Below are positions 12,250 to 25,360 of a DNA stretch of 64,000 nucleotides, piece by piece. Each line of letters opens with the position of its first letter. Position 1 is the first letter of the stretch. The DNA comes from Raillietiella orientalis (taxonomy: Eukaryota): the NCBI GenBank assembly GCA_036172245.1, contig JAYWIR010000009.1, forward strand, positions 3,038,001 through 3,102,000. Direction: 5' to 3'. A program made the position numbers and the translations under genes. Under the pieces are notes generated by a model. The model ran no database searches. It saw nothing but the letters and a program-made list of their open reading frames with translations, and was not told where the DNA came from.

Positions 12250-12660
12250 GGTCGGATAGCGGAGTTTCCGCGCCTTCTCAGAGCAACTCCTCTGGAAACC
12301 ACAGGACGCCCTGCCGCTGGCGTCTACTCTGAGGGGTTCCAGGCGCCTCGTTTCCGGGAGAGCTGCCTCCCCAAACTGCTCCAGTTGCGGGGAGATGGGA
12401 TCGTTCCCGAAACTCTTGCTCGACTGAGGTGCTCTGGAGGGCATGCGGTGGAGACTCGCCTCCGGCGGTCCGACAACCGCAGGACATCGCGTTGGACTTG
12501 CTGCGACTCTTCTTTGCAGAAAGCAGGCTGAAGAGGGGCGCTGCGATCGCAACCATCTGTTGCATCCGCGCCATGGCGACAGCCCGTTACGTGCTGGAGT
12601 CAGGTTCGCGTGGAAGAGAGGCCACCAGCATGGCAGCAGCCGAGACGTACTGACTTGGAC
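12250..12660 (+). mobile_element. L1/Tx1-like ORF2 C-terminal fragment
   Basis: Similar to 19150-19400 at DNA and peptide level (IATICCIRAMATARYVLES versus IAMICCIRAIVTGRRQLES). Confidence 0.6.
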
Positions 12661-12699
12661 GCCCTCCTACCCACCAGACGGCGCCGAGTTCCGAAAGCA

Positions 12700-13620
12700 A
12701 AGTGCAGCTTCGGAGGAGATGGAGGTGGAGTCCTCAGAATAGAGTTCGTCAACCGGAAATCACTGAGGCACTTCTTCCAGGAGCGACCTGCCGATTCCGG
12801 GACTCCTGCGCCACATGTCCCAAGACGTTGCAGGGCCAGTGAGATCGTCGTCGCCATGAAGAAACAATGAGGAATCTTTCGGTTCGCTCCCTCGCTCAAC
12901 TGGTCGAAGAGCGCGGCTTCCGCTTCTTCCCAGAGAGCTTTTTCTTCTTCTTTTCCCTTTTTGGTCTGCCAAGTGCTGAAGAACCGTTCGCCTCCTTGGG
13001 GGGCACTCACGACGCTCTGTGGCGCTGTCCACGCCCACCCGAGGGTAACCCCACAGAAACCAGCTTATAAATCCAGGAAGTCCCTGAAGGGAGGGGTCCG
13101 TTCCTCTTACGCTTGGGAGGGAACCATCTCTTCCTTATTCTCTCTGGAGGAATCCTCTGGTTTGTGGGGGTCGCTCCTCGTTTCTCCTTAAGTGGGAACC
13201 CGCAAGGGAGCCGCTCCTGACTTCCTCCTCCTCTTAAGAGAACCCCAAAGGGATGCGTCCCGATTTCCCTGGAGGTCGCTTCCTGAAGAGGGAGCAGCTT
13301 GCTTGACACTTCGGAGAGGGCGTCAACCAGCTGCATGTTCCCTTCCCGAGTGGGGGGACGGCTCCCTTTTCCCGAGCATAAGGGCTCCTTGATGTCCTGA
13401 AAGGATCCTAGAGGGTCAGTCAACGGGGGGCATCTGGTTTCTCCATCCTGCGGGATGGGGGAGGGGGGCTCAAAAACCCACGACGCACCCATTTGTCGGC
13501 GTCGATCCTTCCCCGGAAGGGATTCGAACCCGCGATGCTCGGCGGTGCCGCGAGCGGAGACCGCAGCCGATCGGCCGCCAGCGCGGGCCGTCCTTTCCAG
13601 ATGGACAGCATCGCATGGGG
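12700..13620 (-). repeat. Dispersed repeat copy B (ORF1-like segment, possibly running into an ORF2 start)
   Basis: Reverse complement matches copy A (gcatcgcgggttcgaatccc...aaggatcgacgcc; REIGTHPFGVLLRGGGSQER; cagcacttggca), followed by a Lys-rich stretch RPKREKKKKKLSGKKRK. Confidence 0.7.
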
Positions 13621-14525
13621 CTGCGTTTCCGGTGTCATCTTCGTCCCTTCTTGCAAGATGCTACAAACCACTGCTCAGCTACTGCAACGACGACTGTCCA
13701 ACTCTACTGCAAGATACTGTTCAGCTGCAACTCTCCGCACTGCCCGTGGGGCGACCGCAGAGAAGGAGAGACAGTGCGCCTCCGAAATCGGAAGAGTGAG
13801 CGAGGGACCCAACCTCCTCGACTCCGCGCGCAAGAGCCAAGGAGACGAGGCATTGGGGTGGGGGTGGGGGACAGCGGCAGCAATCTGCTGCCCATCTCTC
13901 GCGCGTGTCAGCCTCATGCCGGCGAAGAGTCCGCCACTGCTCTTCTTCCTCGCACAGCAGTTGGAGCGTTTCCGGCCAGAGAAGCAGATCACTTCCGATC
14001 GGTTTGGCAGCGCTGTGGTTGGTGACGTAGGCGGCATCCTGTAGTTTCTATCGCAACTGCGAACTGCGAAATTTTTGTTTATTCGAGGAGAGAAGCGTTC
14101 CGGTTCGGGAATTTTCAACTCGTCGTTCAGTGCTATAAAAGAAAACTCATCCATCTAGAGGATTAAAAGTTAACACGACAGCAGACCCTCGCATAACGCG
14201 GGGATCCGCGTTATACGAGCTCTGTGGGTAATACGCAGATAGCATGATGGTATTTATAAAACAAATGGAACGTATAACAGTGGGAATATTTATTATTTCG
14301 TTGTAAAAAAGAAAAAACAGAAAAAGGCACAACTAACTGTCCATTATATTTAAAGTTATACAAAAGAAAAAAAAAAGGTTTTACAGTTTTGTTTGGATCA
14401 GCTGAAGCAAACATTTATATTTAATGATTTAATTTACATTTAATCAATTGAAACGAGCCCTATAGTTTTGGCCCTACTGTTGCTGTTGTCGAAAAATGCA
14501 TCTTGCGCTATCTGACCCACGAATA

Positions 14526-14903
<378 letters not shown>

Positions 14904-15569
14904 TATTTGAATTCAACCCACTTGAGTCACGTGTTCGTGTTCTTTTCGAAAACAGAGTGACTGTTGGCCATTCTTCCATGCCAGACTGAGAGTCAATCTA
15001 CAATTCAACTGTTTCCATCTAGCACTTTTATACCATGTGCTACATATGTACCACTTCTCCACACTTCTCTTAAGATCGGGTATTCCAGTTACATGAGCAC
15101 GTCATTCTTTTTTTTTTTTTTTCAAAAAAAAAACAACAACAACCTCTCTCACTAATTTCTCCTTTTACTATAACCATTGGTCACTCACTTATCGTTTCCC
15201 GAACAACAGAATTCTTCGTACTTAGAATCCAAAGACTCCCCATCTTTGACTCCAGATCCTTCATCGGCTGGTACAGGATTTTACCGCCCTCACGACGCAA
15301 TAGCCAGCCTCATCTGCCTCTCTGTACACCATGCCACAAAATTTAACCACAGAGTTCGTGAGGAGTCCGCTTCTCAGCGTCCCACAAGGGCTGCAGTTTT
15401 ATACAGGGGTGCCCCTGCACTTTTCTGATACTGATGTGTGAAGGGGATGCAGAATGGAAGAAACGAAAGTTCACACGCGTGCAGAGTGGTCAGTTTCCTC
15501 TATGTAAATCCTGTTGTTCCCTGAGCTCTCCTTGCACCAGTTCTTCCCCCCCCCCCCCCCCTATTGGGT

Positions 15570-15900
15570 TTGAGGAACCCACGTAGAGAAGGACTGCCAA
15601 GGGCTGTTTGGAATTCCATTTTCGTTAGCATTCGTGACGTGGTTTTTTTGTTACGTCGCAAGCTCGAACATTCGTCGCGGACATGTCCTGAAATGCGGTC
15701 AGGGATCACGTCCGGCCAGTGTCCAGTGACTTCCTGAGTGCTGCGCTCCTGTTCCTGACCTGAAAGGGCGACCGTTCGCCTCCTCGCCAACCCCGCCAGG
15801 CCCGTGTTCCTCGTGCGCGAAAAAGGGTGCCCGCAGCCCGTGGAAAGATGGGCGGCATCTCCCAGTTGATGCAGCCGCGAGGCGAACAAAGCGACCTTCA
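15570..15900 (-). mobile_element. Possible piggyBac-like transposase C-terminal relic
   Basis: TGHWPDVIPDRISGHVRDEC...KKTT loosely resembles the GHWP...RC..C...T cysteine-rich tail of piggyBac transposases; most cysteines absent. Confidence 0.2.
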
Positions 15901-17379
15901 CCAACTGCTTGTACAACAGCCTTCATAACGTACAGAGTAACTGAGTGATTCGATGGGTGTACGATACCGCGGAAAGACAGAATACATCTTACACGCACCC
16001 TTAGTATTAGCAAAAGCGTTACGTAATGCTTTAAATATATTGCGGCCATCAGTTGTTTACTCTTTCAATTGCAGTCAACTGCTGCTGCGAACAGACTTCT
16101 TGAACGAAACCAACCAACCCTGCGTAATAGCCGGCTGGAAGCAGCCGTCATACCACCAACACGGATGGAGACTCCCCAATCGTCCAAGGCTGCAGCAGCT
16201 GCTGCTGTGCCCGTTGTCCCGAGAGGATTTTGGGTAGACGAAAATTGGTTGTGTGTTCGACGAAACGGTGTAATTACTTTCCCTTGGCTCGTCCCAGTGG
16301 GAAGCGTGGCGCTCTTTTGCTGATATCGAGCGATCTCGCATGCGTGGAGTTTTTTTAGGAAAAAAAAAAAAAACATGAGAGCGAAGATGCCCCCTCCAGC
16401 CATCTGGCGAACCGGAGACTGCTACTGCACTTCAGGTAGCCAACCCGGCGTTCGGTCACCGGAAGCGGCCGCTCGTCCGGTTCTTCGCTTCCCATCGCAC
16501 GCAGCAGCAATAGCGAGAGGCGCGCGTTCCTCCCTGAAGAGGAAAGTAGGATGAAACGGAAAACGCTCTGCACCACTTCCGAGTCCCCACCCCTGCGGCC
16601 TTCCCTCGCTCCGTCAAAAGGGCCCTGGCTGCTGAAAACCAATAATTCATCTGGAGGTCTGCCTGCCGTCAGATCACTCTCGGCAGCTCCTTACCTGGGG
16701 CGTGCCCACGGAAGCAACCTGGATGAACGAAAATCGCAAAAAGCTTTCCGCATCTCATCTGTTATTTCCAGGCCGCTTCCTTCGTCGCTTTGGTCAGAGC
16801 CCATCAGTCCTCCCGACCGCGGAGTGCGGATGATGTTTCTTCGAACCTCGCTAAAAATGCGTCCCGTGAGTGCGAGCAGCAACAAGTTTGGTACAACACT
16901 CTTGGATGTACTCTTGGTAAGCGCACAGACATCGGTGTTTATCCCATATGTTCATGCGCGCGTACAGCATTCTCTTAATGCTGACAGATGTACACATGGA
17001 CGTGCCACCAGAACGTTCTGGCATCATCGCTCCTGGCGATCGACGGGGGCGCGGGTTCGTGTTTCGCGCGGCCGCGAGCTCCCGAGACGCCCAAGCGCTC
17101 CCGAGAGCGCGCAGAAAAGATGCGTGAGGGGAAGATGGGGTGGGACGAACCCGCGAGGACTCGGCGGCCATTCTCCTCGAACGGATGGGAGAGGGGAGGA
17201 ATCCCGGAAGAGAAAAACCCAGAGGGAACTTATCGGGACCCTCTCGCCAGGAGGAGGAAGTGAAACGGACGAACGAGGAGCGCAGATGTGCCGAACCGCC
17301 GCGAGGAAGGGGGTTGGGGGAGGGAGTGGTGGATGGCGCGACCACCTCACGAGGAAACTCATCCGCCTTCTAGGACCGC

Positions 17380-19680
17380 GGAGGCGCCGGTGGAGGAGGG
17401 AAAGGGGGCGATGAGATCAACCGGGGTGGACAGACGGTCCTCTGCTTCAGGCTGATCAAACCCGAGAAGGACCCCTGCGAGAAGGAGAGAGAGGAGGCAG
17501 CCTCCACGGCGGTTCTTCCTTTCGATCGTTCTTCAGCTGGGAAGGTCGCCTCCTCTCCCTCGGGCATTCACAGATTTGTCCTTCGGAAATGCAGGAACTC
17601 TCTCCGGACATCGTGGTCACGAACCCATGCCGCCGAGGGCCGCCTTTCGGCCCGTTGGGACCCTCTCCCCCTCCTCTTCCTCCACCCCCGCTCCAGTCAC
17701 CTTCCGGCCGCTCTAGGTCCTTAGAAACGGCCAGCCAGAGAGAGCGGCCACCCTTCCTCCCTTTCTTACCACCGACCCTCCCCTAGCAGGAGCGCCTCCC
17801 CTGGCATGGATAATGTCTCGCCCCCGTCTCTACCCCCAAGGACATCCCACACCTACGCGAGCTGGCGCGCGGCGAGTCCTCCGTGGTCTGCCCCCGCTGC
17901 CCATCGTTCCGCGACTTCCAACCGAATGGGGAGCTGAGCTCCCCGCCTCTTCCATCCCAAAGAAGGCCCAACGCATACACTCCTGCTCGTCCCTCCGGCA
18001 GCAACCTCTCTCCTTCCCTTCCCTCGGTCCACATCAAACAGGCAGTCGCTAGGAAACCAACCTCGCTCCCAGACTCCCGGCGCTCTGCGGAGAGCGCGAC
18101 CCTCCCGAGCGCGCACGCCGTGGCGTCGCGCCGCTGCTTCTCCCCTCGACGTGGTCCCGACCCCTTCTGGCCTCCCTCGTCCACCTGCTGCCGTGAAACT
18201 TCGGGGAAAGCCATCCGGGGACGTCGCTCCTCGTGAAATGACCAGCGAGTGGACAGGTGGCTTCCCTTGGGAGCGGCGGCGGAAAAGACCCGCTGCCCGC
18301 AGGGATTTTGAGCCTGGGGACGCCCAGACCTCGGGCATTTTTTTTGGACCAGCAGCCCGCCCACCGTGAGGCTCGCCGATGAGGACCTCCCGCCACCTCA
18401 CCTCGCGGATGCTGGACCGGCAGCGCCGGGAGGGTGCCCGATCCGGAAGGGAAATCCTCGGGTGGCTGGACAGCGGATAGCGTCTTTTCCGAGCAAGATG
18501 GACTCCCGCAGCGCGGCGCTTCCCGAACGGCATCCTACGACGGAGAGGCCCGCTGCTGCCGCACTCCCAGCACGCCATGGGAGGTTTCGGCTTCCCGCTG
18601 AGGCAGCTCGCCTCGCTCCTGGAAGCACATGCATGGATCTCTTGCCGCCTGGCGAACTTAAACGCGTAGCGGCAGGAGACGGTGTCGGCCTGGGCAACGC
18701 ATCAGGAAGTGCCCCCTGTGGAAATTCGTTGGGTGCACATCTCCCCGTACTGTCCGGTGGAAGATGTGCTGCAGGACCAGGACAAGTGGACTGGCCTGGC
18801 AGCCACGGCCTTTGCCGCAGCGCTGTCTGCCCTAAGGGCAAGAGACGATAGTTGCCTACCGGCGGGGTGGGAGGTCGCCTGCATAATCGCAGGAGCAAAT
18901 CGACCCATGGGCGGCTGGAGAACTTGCGAGATGGCAGACGCCTCCACGTCTCACAATTGTGCCAAGATGCTCCTGAGTATGCCCCCCGAAGAACTTGTGG
19001 TCTCTCCCTCGTGCGCGGACACTTCTGTGTCCCCCCTTCCATGGGAACAGGACGTGCTTTTGCTGATGCATTGGATCTTCCATCGCGACCAGCGCTCCAA
19101 CATTGTTTCCGGGGGAGTTGCCTCCCCGAACTATAGAAGGTGCGGAGCAGCTCAAACTCTTCCGCACCTGTTCTTCGACTGCGGTGCCCTCCAAGGACTG
19201 TGGCGGAGACTGGCTTTAGCGCTGCTGCATCAGGGGGACACCGCAAGGTCTTTGATGCGTTGCTTCTTCATGACAGGGGTCTTCTGTTAGGTGAGACCAT
19301 CGCAATGATCTGTTGCATCCGCGCTATCGTCACGGGCCGCCGCCAGTTGGAGTCGCGGACGATTCTTCGAGAGGTCACCGAAATCGTCGACGTCAGCATG
19401 ACGACAGCCGCCAGGTGACCTCATCCTCCAGAAGAAGCGAGGAAGGATATCTCTGGCATCCAACGCCAGTTCGGAAAGGAAGTAACGGCCTAATCCAAAG
19501 ACTCCTGTCCCCAACCCCACCCCACCCTATATCATTTTGTATTTATTTATTGTCCTCTCCCACCCGTTCCAGACTTTCAGTACGCCCGAACTGCGTTCCG
19601 GGGAGCCCTCCCCTTGAACTTCTGGTTCTTTGCCTGGAATCTTTGTTCCCACATTGTTTCTATCCTTAATAAACGTCCTG
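17380..19680 (+). mobile_element. Decayed L1/Tx1-type non-LTR retrotransposon: RT, C-terminal zinc-binding region and 3' UTR
   Basis: RLIKPEKDP (RT motif 1-like), MQELSPDIV, NGELSS...SGSNLSPSL..HIKQ (QGxPLSP-like), LLLMHW...SPNYRRCGAAQTLPHLFFDCGALQGLWRRL (zf-RVT-like), pyrimidine-rich 3' UTR with AATAAA near 19668. Multiple frameshifts. Confidence 0.65.
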
Positions 19681-20199
19681 GCGCAACCAGGTAAGAAACG
19701 ACGAGGAGGCGTCATCGCCGCCGCCCAAGCGGCCCTGGCCCGGCGGAGCTGGGAGAAGCCGCCGCGAGGACTTTTTTCAAGATGGCCTATGGTCGGTATC
19801 GCGAGTGGCCCTTTGCTCGCCAGAGGGCGCGAGACGGGGACCGCCGGCACGCAGGTCGGCAGCCAGGAGGGAAGAGCGCTTGGCGTCAGAGTCGAAGAGG
19901 CAGCGCAGGGCCACAAAAACAAAGAAAGAAAGAAGCGAGGCGCAGGTCCGTCGGCCGTCTCCGGGAGGCACCAGAAGAAGGAGCCCTCCCTCCCCCACTT
20001 CCGTCCCCACGGCTTCTGTCCCGCGTTTTTCCCAGTGCCTTCCGGGCGGCTCACTCCTTGGTTTCGGAGCGGAGGTAAGGCCGTCCTGCCTTCCTCGTCG
20101 TGGGAAGGACCAAGGGTGTTTCAGAAAGTAGGGAAAGGAGGAAGAGAGAAGGGAGGGAGGAGGAGGAAAGGAGATGCAGACCGGTGAAATCTGCCACGG

Positions 20200-21110
20200 C
20201 TGCAGAGGGGAGGGGGAAAACAAAAAGAAAAAGAAACAAAAAATGAATAAATAATTTGAGAGGTGGGAGGGGGGCTACAAGAAGGGGTCACGTCCGGCTA
20301 GGGATGGTCCTCTGCATCTTTCCGAATGAGCTGGTGAGCTCTTGCTGCATGGTTGTTTTCCGGGTAGAACCATCTTGTTGCCATCCTCGTGGAGCGGACA
20401 GCAAAGTGGATGTGGCATCCCTGTCGTTCTGTCCTCCTCTTGAGTCGCTCCAGGCCGCCACATTCCCGCGTAGGCAGCATAGGGAGCTGCTAGCGAGGCT
20501 TCCTACCGAAAAGCGTCGCTTAGCAGGAGGAGGGGTCGTAAAGGAGTTGCCGCTGGGGGTTCCCAGGGTCGCGACGAAGCGTCGGAGGGCAACACACTCC
20601 GCAAGCAGGTGAGGGGGGATTCCCGCTCCCTGCACCTGCCACAGTTCGGGTGCGTCTCCCATGCCCAGTGATGTCTGAGGGAGGCCCCAGTGCAGGAGCA
20701 GCAGCAGCGCCGACTCCTGCCACTTTAGAGGGAAGGGAAGGTGCGGGTGCCCAAAAGCACTGGGGGCCACTGCAGATCTTCCACCGGAATTCCCGGTAGC
20801 TCGCTTCAGCGCAAAAGTCCTCGTGGGGGGGGAGGGAATCGAGGTCGCAGAGTCCGCGAGCTGGCCCGTCGTCCACTCCCCCAGTCCTCTTTTGCTGGAG
20901 ACCTTCACAGTAACCTCCCATCTGGTCGCAAGGCTGCTGACCATGTGCTCCTTCAGGGAGGGCAACGCGGCGCAAGGGGGGTTCCTCCTGCCCACGCACT
21001 TTTTCCGGGATCTTTCGTAGCGAGCAGGTGTTGTAGGGCCCGTAGAAGAAAGAAGGTGCCAGGATGAAAGTAGAATGCAAAAGCCAGCATTTCGAGGAGC
21101 CATCCACAGC
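20200..21110 (-). mobile_element. L1/Tx1-like ORF2 C-terminal fragment
   Basis: LATRWEVTVKVSSKRGLGEWTTGQLADS...LKWQESALLLLLHW...PHLLAECVALRR aligns by eye with LPAGWEVAC...GGWRTCEMADA...PWEQDVLLLMHW...PHLFFDC in ORF 18682..19290. Confidence 0.6.
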
Positions 21111-21499
21111 AATGCCGTCGCCTCCTACATGCGAAGGGCGACGGAAAGGTCCAACCCAAAAAGGGGGGCTTGCGGCACGGACCAACCCAAAACCGTGGGT
21201 CCACCTCCCTCTTTCACCCCTCCCCGATCCAGCGCAGACCCTCGGGAATCGAGTGGAATACCGTGAGGCCGGTCCATTCCACTCCCTGTTTATTTATTTA
21301 TTTATCCATTGTCCCCATCCTCCACTCCTTACTAGTGCCGTCCCTTGAGAGGGTGGTCCGTCCGGATTCGGGCCGGTACAAGTCGGTCTGTTGCTGTTAA
21401 ATGGAGGACCTCAGCTATCCGGGATGCGGAGGCCCAAACAGGAGGCGCGCATCTGTCAGAAATGAAGATGGGTATTGTTGCGTACCAATCAAACAAGGG

Positions 21500-22430
21500 G
21501 AGGAGGAAGAAACCACACTGTCGGAGGTGCACTTGGCCGGGGGGTGCAAGAGAAAGAGACCTGAAGCACAAAGAAAAGGGGACAAAGAATACAAGAATCG
21601 CTGTGCCTGTTCCGGGCATCACTCCTGGTTCCTCGCCCACGTGCGGACGGTCTCCTGCAACCAGGCACTGCCGTTTGCCTGAAGGCAGGATAGCCAGGTA
21701 TCGTGGGTCCCCATCAGAGTTGCCACTCGACGGAGCTGCAGCTCGCAGTGGGAGACGTTGCGGCGACGGCGCTCAAGGAAGGACGCGAGCGAGTCCCACG
21801 CTGCCGGTTGCTTACTCGACGAGCAGGCGTGCAGGGTGGCACCAGGTGACTGTCCAGTGATGGAGCTGGAGGAGCGGGAGGTAAGGCGGAAGAAGGGGAG
21901 GCACTGGAAACCGAGAGAGCGCTCTGCCTCGCGTTCGACCGCCGAAAGCGGGGAAGCTGAGGCCGTGGACACATTTGGGACTGATGCCGTCCCACCTGGG
22001 GTCTCGGTGTGCCCAGGTAAGCACGGGAGAGTCGCAGTGGGTGGCAGCAATCAGAAGGACGGCGGTGCCAAGCGTTTCAGAACAAGGCAAGCAGATGACA
22101 AGAACCACCTTCCCGCGAGACGGCACAGCAGTTGAAGGCACACGTTGCAACGCAGAACACCCTCCCACGACTGACTCCGGAAGCCATCGATGCAACGCAT
22201 CCCCCCGTTCCTTGATGTTCGCCGGGAAATCCGGTGGAGCGAAAAGACTCCGGGCGCTTCCCGCTAAGATTCGGTACTTCAGCTGGTCCCCGTACCTTCC
22301 CCCTGCAGAGCTACAGCGGAGCGCACGCTCACGCGGGAGGCGGCGGCGAAAGCTCGACAAGCACGCGCTCTCGCGCGATGAAGCTGCGGACGAGTTCATT
22401 CTTCCGGGTGAGCTGCCCCGCCCTGCGTGC
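21500..22430 (-). mobile_element. Probable further L1/Tx1-like ORF2 C-terminal fragment
   Basis: AVLLIAATHCDSPVLTWAHRDPRWDGISPKCVHG resembles the LH..LP....L....SP.C..C zf-RVT pattern; pyrimidine-rich tail on the minus strand near 21500-21600. Confidence 0.35.
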
Positions 22431-22559
22431 ATCCCCTGCGTGAGTCATCGCACTGCGCGTGCTCGAATGCGCTCTTTGTTCGGCAAGCCTCGCTCCCTGT
22501 GCCGTGCAGACAGCAGGCAGCCCCTCCTCCCCCCCCCCTTTCCTCGTCCTCCTCACCCC

Positions 22560-23830
22560 CTGATCGGAACAAAGAGCCAGAGTATGGGAGGTCACGGAAA
22601 ACTCCACCTCGCGAAGACCCAAAGGTACCTTCTGGAAAGCGGGAAAAAAACAAAAAGGAAAAAAAAAAGAGGAAAAGCAAAGCATCGACCAGCCGATGGA
22701 GTCTCCTTTGACTCCAATTTGTTTCCCACCCGGCGAAGCCTGGTGGGAAAATTAATTATTAAACAAAGTAATAGCAAAAGTGCGGTGTGTTGTGTTCAAG
22801 TGTGGCGAGACACTTGGTTGTACCACGTGTCCGGAACTTGCCCCGACCGGTACGTAGACCGGCGAGGTTCGTTTCCATGGCGACGGGGAAGGGAAAACCC
22901 AAAAAGACAAAAAAGGAACAAGCAAAAAGGAGAAACGGGAGGAAAAGTTTTACTGGAGGGGGGAGGGCAGGGTACGGAATCACATTGGGAGACATCCTCT
23001 GCATCCTGCTCAGGATGCCGGCACGTTCGGTCCGTGTAGCGCCCAATCGGGGTCATCGCGAGGCGGTCCACAGGAACACCTGCGCCCAGTGGACGGCGTC
23101 CCTGCCATTTCGGCCCTCTCCTTCTGGCCTTCCACGCCGCACCACGATCCTGCGGAGACCGCAGAGAACTGCGAGAGACACGGCTGGCGGCAGTGCGGCA
23201 CCGCGAGCGAAGAGGAGTCTGAAAATGCCCCGGGGTCCGTCCCCCGGGGTTCCTAGGGTCGTCGCGAGGTGATCGCAAAGGGCTCGGAGGGCAGTGCAGT
23301 CGAACAGCAGGTGAGGCAGGGTGGCCTTCTTGTCGCACCCGTCGCGCTCTTAGCGTCCAGACTCCCACCCCGTGTCCAGTGGTGAAGGAGCTCTTCTCAC
23401 GGGATTCCCCCTTATGCACCACCAGCAACGCCGACTTCCGCCACTCGAGGGGGGGGACGCCACTGCTCCAGAACTCTGGGGACCACTTCACCTCCTCCGC
23501 AGGGATGTCCAGCAGCTCTCCCCATTGTACAAGGCCGTGGGATGCGACACTCGGGTTCGTGGCGTCCGTCACCTCTCGAGTTGTCCACCCGCCCAGAAGT
23601 TTCTTCTTTGCTGCTGTGCAGCAAGTCGCTTCCCACCCTGCCGGGATGACGCCGTCTTCTGCGTCCCGAGGCCCATAGCATCCTGAGCGGGTCGTAGACT
23701 CTCGCATCTCCAGCGACTTGCGAGTGTTGACGCCTCGCTGGCGAGGATGAAGGAAAATCCTCCGGAGATCCTCCGTTCCAGCTGCTTTCCTTCCAGCTTT
23801 TGTCTCTTTCGGGTTTTCTTTTTTCAACGA
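22560..23830 (-). mobile_element. L1/Tx1-like ORF2 C-terminal fragment with 3' UTR
   Basis: IPAGWEATCCTAAKKKLLGGWTTREVTDA...PPLEWRKSALLVVH matches the copies at 18.8 kb and 20.7 kb; 3' tail (ctctggctctttg) resembles 19620 (ttctggttctttg). Confidence 0.6.
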
Positions 23831-24480
23831 ACCGTCCGCCTCCTCGGGGGGGAGGGGGTGTGGGTAAGTTCTTTAGAGACTGTTCGCTCCACCCAAGGGT
23901 GCGTGTGACTCTTCAAGTAATAGGGGATCACCCTGGGAGGGAACCACCCCATGAATCCAGGAGGGTTCCGGAGGAGGAAGGAGTCCCTTCCTCTTTTACT
24001 CTTAGGAAGGGATCCCGAAGGGAACCTCTTCCCTGTCCTATCCGGAGAGACCCCCCGTAAAGGGACGCTCCAGGAATTTCTTCTTCGAAAGGAACCCTCA
24101 AGGGAGCCGCTCCTCGCTTCTCCCTCCTCTGAAGAGAACCTCGAAGGGACGCTTTCCGATTTCTCTAGAGGGCGCTCCCGAAGGGAGTAGCGGGCTTCTG
24201 ACACCCTGAAAAGTTGCTTCTCTGACTGGGGTATCAACCAGCTCCACGGTGCGGTTCCACTTGCACAACCGGAGGGGAACCCCGAAGGACCCCAGAGGGT
24301 CAGCTTCCAATCCCGGCCAGCTAACGGGGCGTCCGGCTGCTTTCGCCAGTGCCGCACCCCCCGAATAGGCCAACCAGCGTCGACCCATCCCTGGGAGGGA
24401 TTCGAACCCGCGACGCTTGGTGATTGCGGGCGTGGCGGATACCACAGCTGCACGGCCCCTGACAGCATGGGCTCCGCTTC
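23830..24480 (-). repeat. Dispersed repeat copy C (ORF1-like segment), contiguous with the ORF2 3' fragment
   Basis: Reverse complement contains gcgtcgcgggttcgaatccc, ctggccgggattggaagctgaccc and REIGKRPFEVLFRGG as in copy A. Confidence 0.75.
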
Positions 24481-25243
24481 CCTTTGTTCCACGCTCGCCT
24501 TTCCACCCTCACATCGCCTAGAAGTCCCAGCGTCGTCGCTGCGTGCAGCAGTTTCCGACGACAAAGAACGGATTGATCCCTCTGCGTACGTGGGATGTGG
24601 GACGCCGTCGCGGGACAGGCTGAGGCCTCTTCCGCGTTGCACGGGACTGCTTCTCCGCTTCTCCTCCCTCATCGGCAGCTCTCCACGTCACCCGGGTCGC
24701 GTGCAGGTCGTTTCCGTGAGTTTCCTCGCGACGCGAAGCCAGCACGCGCTCGAAGAGCACGGAGCCATCTGGCACCTCTCGCCATCGATGGGATCCTCGC
24801 TACAGCACGCAAGGAGCTGTCCAGGATGTCCGCGTCCTCGTTAGCCGGGAGGTCGCCCGCTCGCCCTCAACGGACTGCCGCAATGCTGTTTTGAGCGCGA
24901 CCTTCTATCCACGGTTTCAAGCCAGCACCTACGGACGGTGCGGGCCGAGCATGGCGGCTCGCTGCGCATTTCGAGTTCGCGTCAATCAGATCAATATTCC
25001 TGCCAAGTCTCCTTTCTTTCTTTCTTTTCCTCTTCTGGGACCTCCTGGTGGCGCGTTCGGTCTGCATTCCATTCCTGCAGATGGTCTTTCAACTTCCGAT
25101 CGGAACCTGATACGAACAGTGATGACAGACATCCTCTCACCACCCATCATTGCTGCAGGCATCATCACTACTTTTCATGATGAAAAGTATAAAAATTAAA
25201 AACTATGAAATTCCATTGCAAAATTAATGTCAGTACGAATAAC

Positions 25244-25360
25244 TCCTCTTCATTGATGCGCTTCCTATCGGCTCAACTATCCTATTCATTGTTGCGCTTC
25301 CTATCGGCTCAACGCATCCTATTCATTGTTGCGCTTCCTATCAATTCAATGCATCCTCTT
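25244..25360. repeat. Minisatellite, three 36-37 bp units
   Basis: Units tcct(c/a)ttcattg(a/t)tgcgcttcctatcggctcaac.. start at ~25244, 25280 and 25317, head to tail with no spacers. Confidence 0.9.

Noticed and set aside
24385..24460. Functional tRNA gene at the GGTTCGAATCC motif
   Set aside because: I could not build convincing acceptor, D or anticodon stems; the motif sits within a larger repeat and is kept only as a finding.
25244..25360. 36-37 bp direct repeats suggestive of a CRISPR array
   Set aside because: Units are head to tail without unique spacers, there are no cas genes, and the context is eukaryotic.
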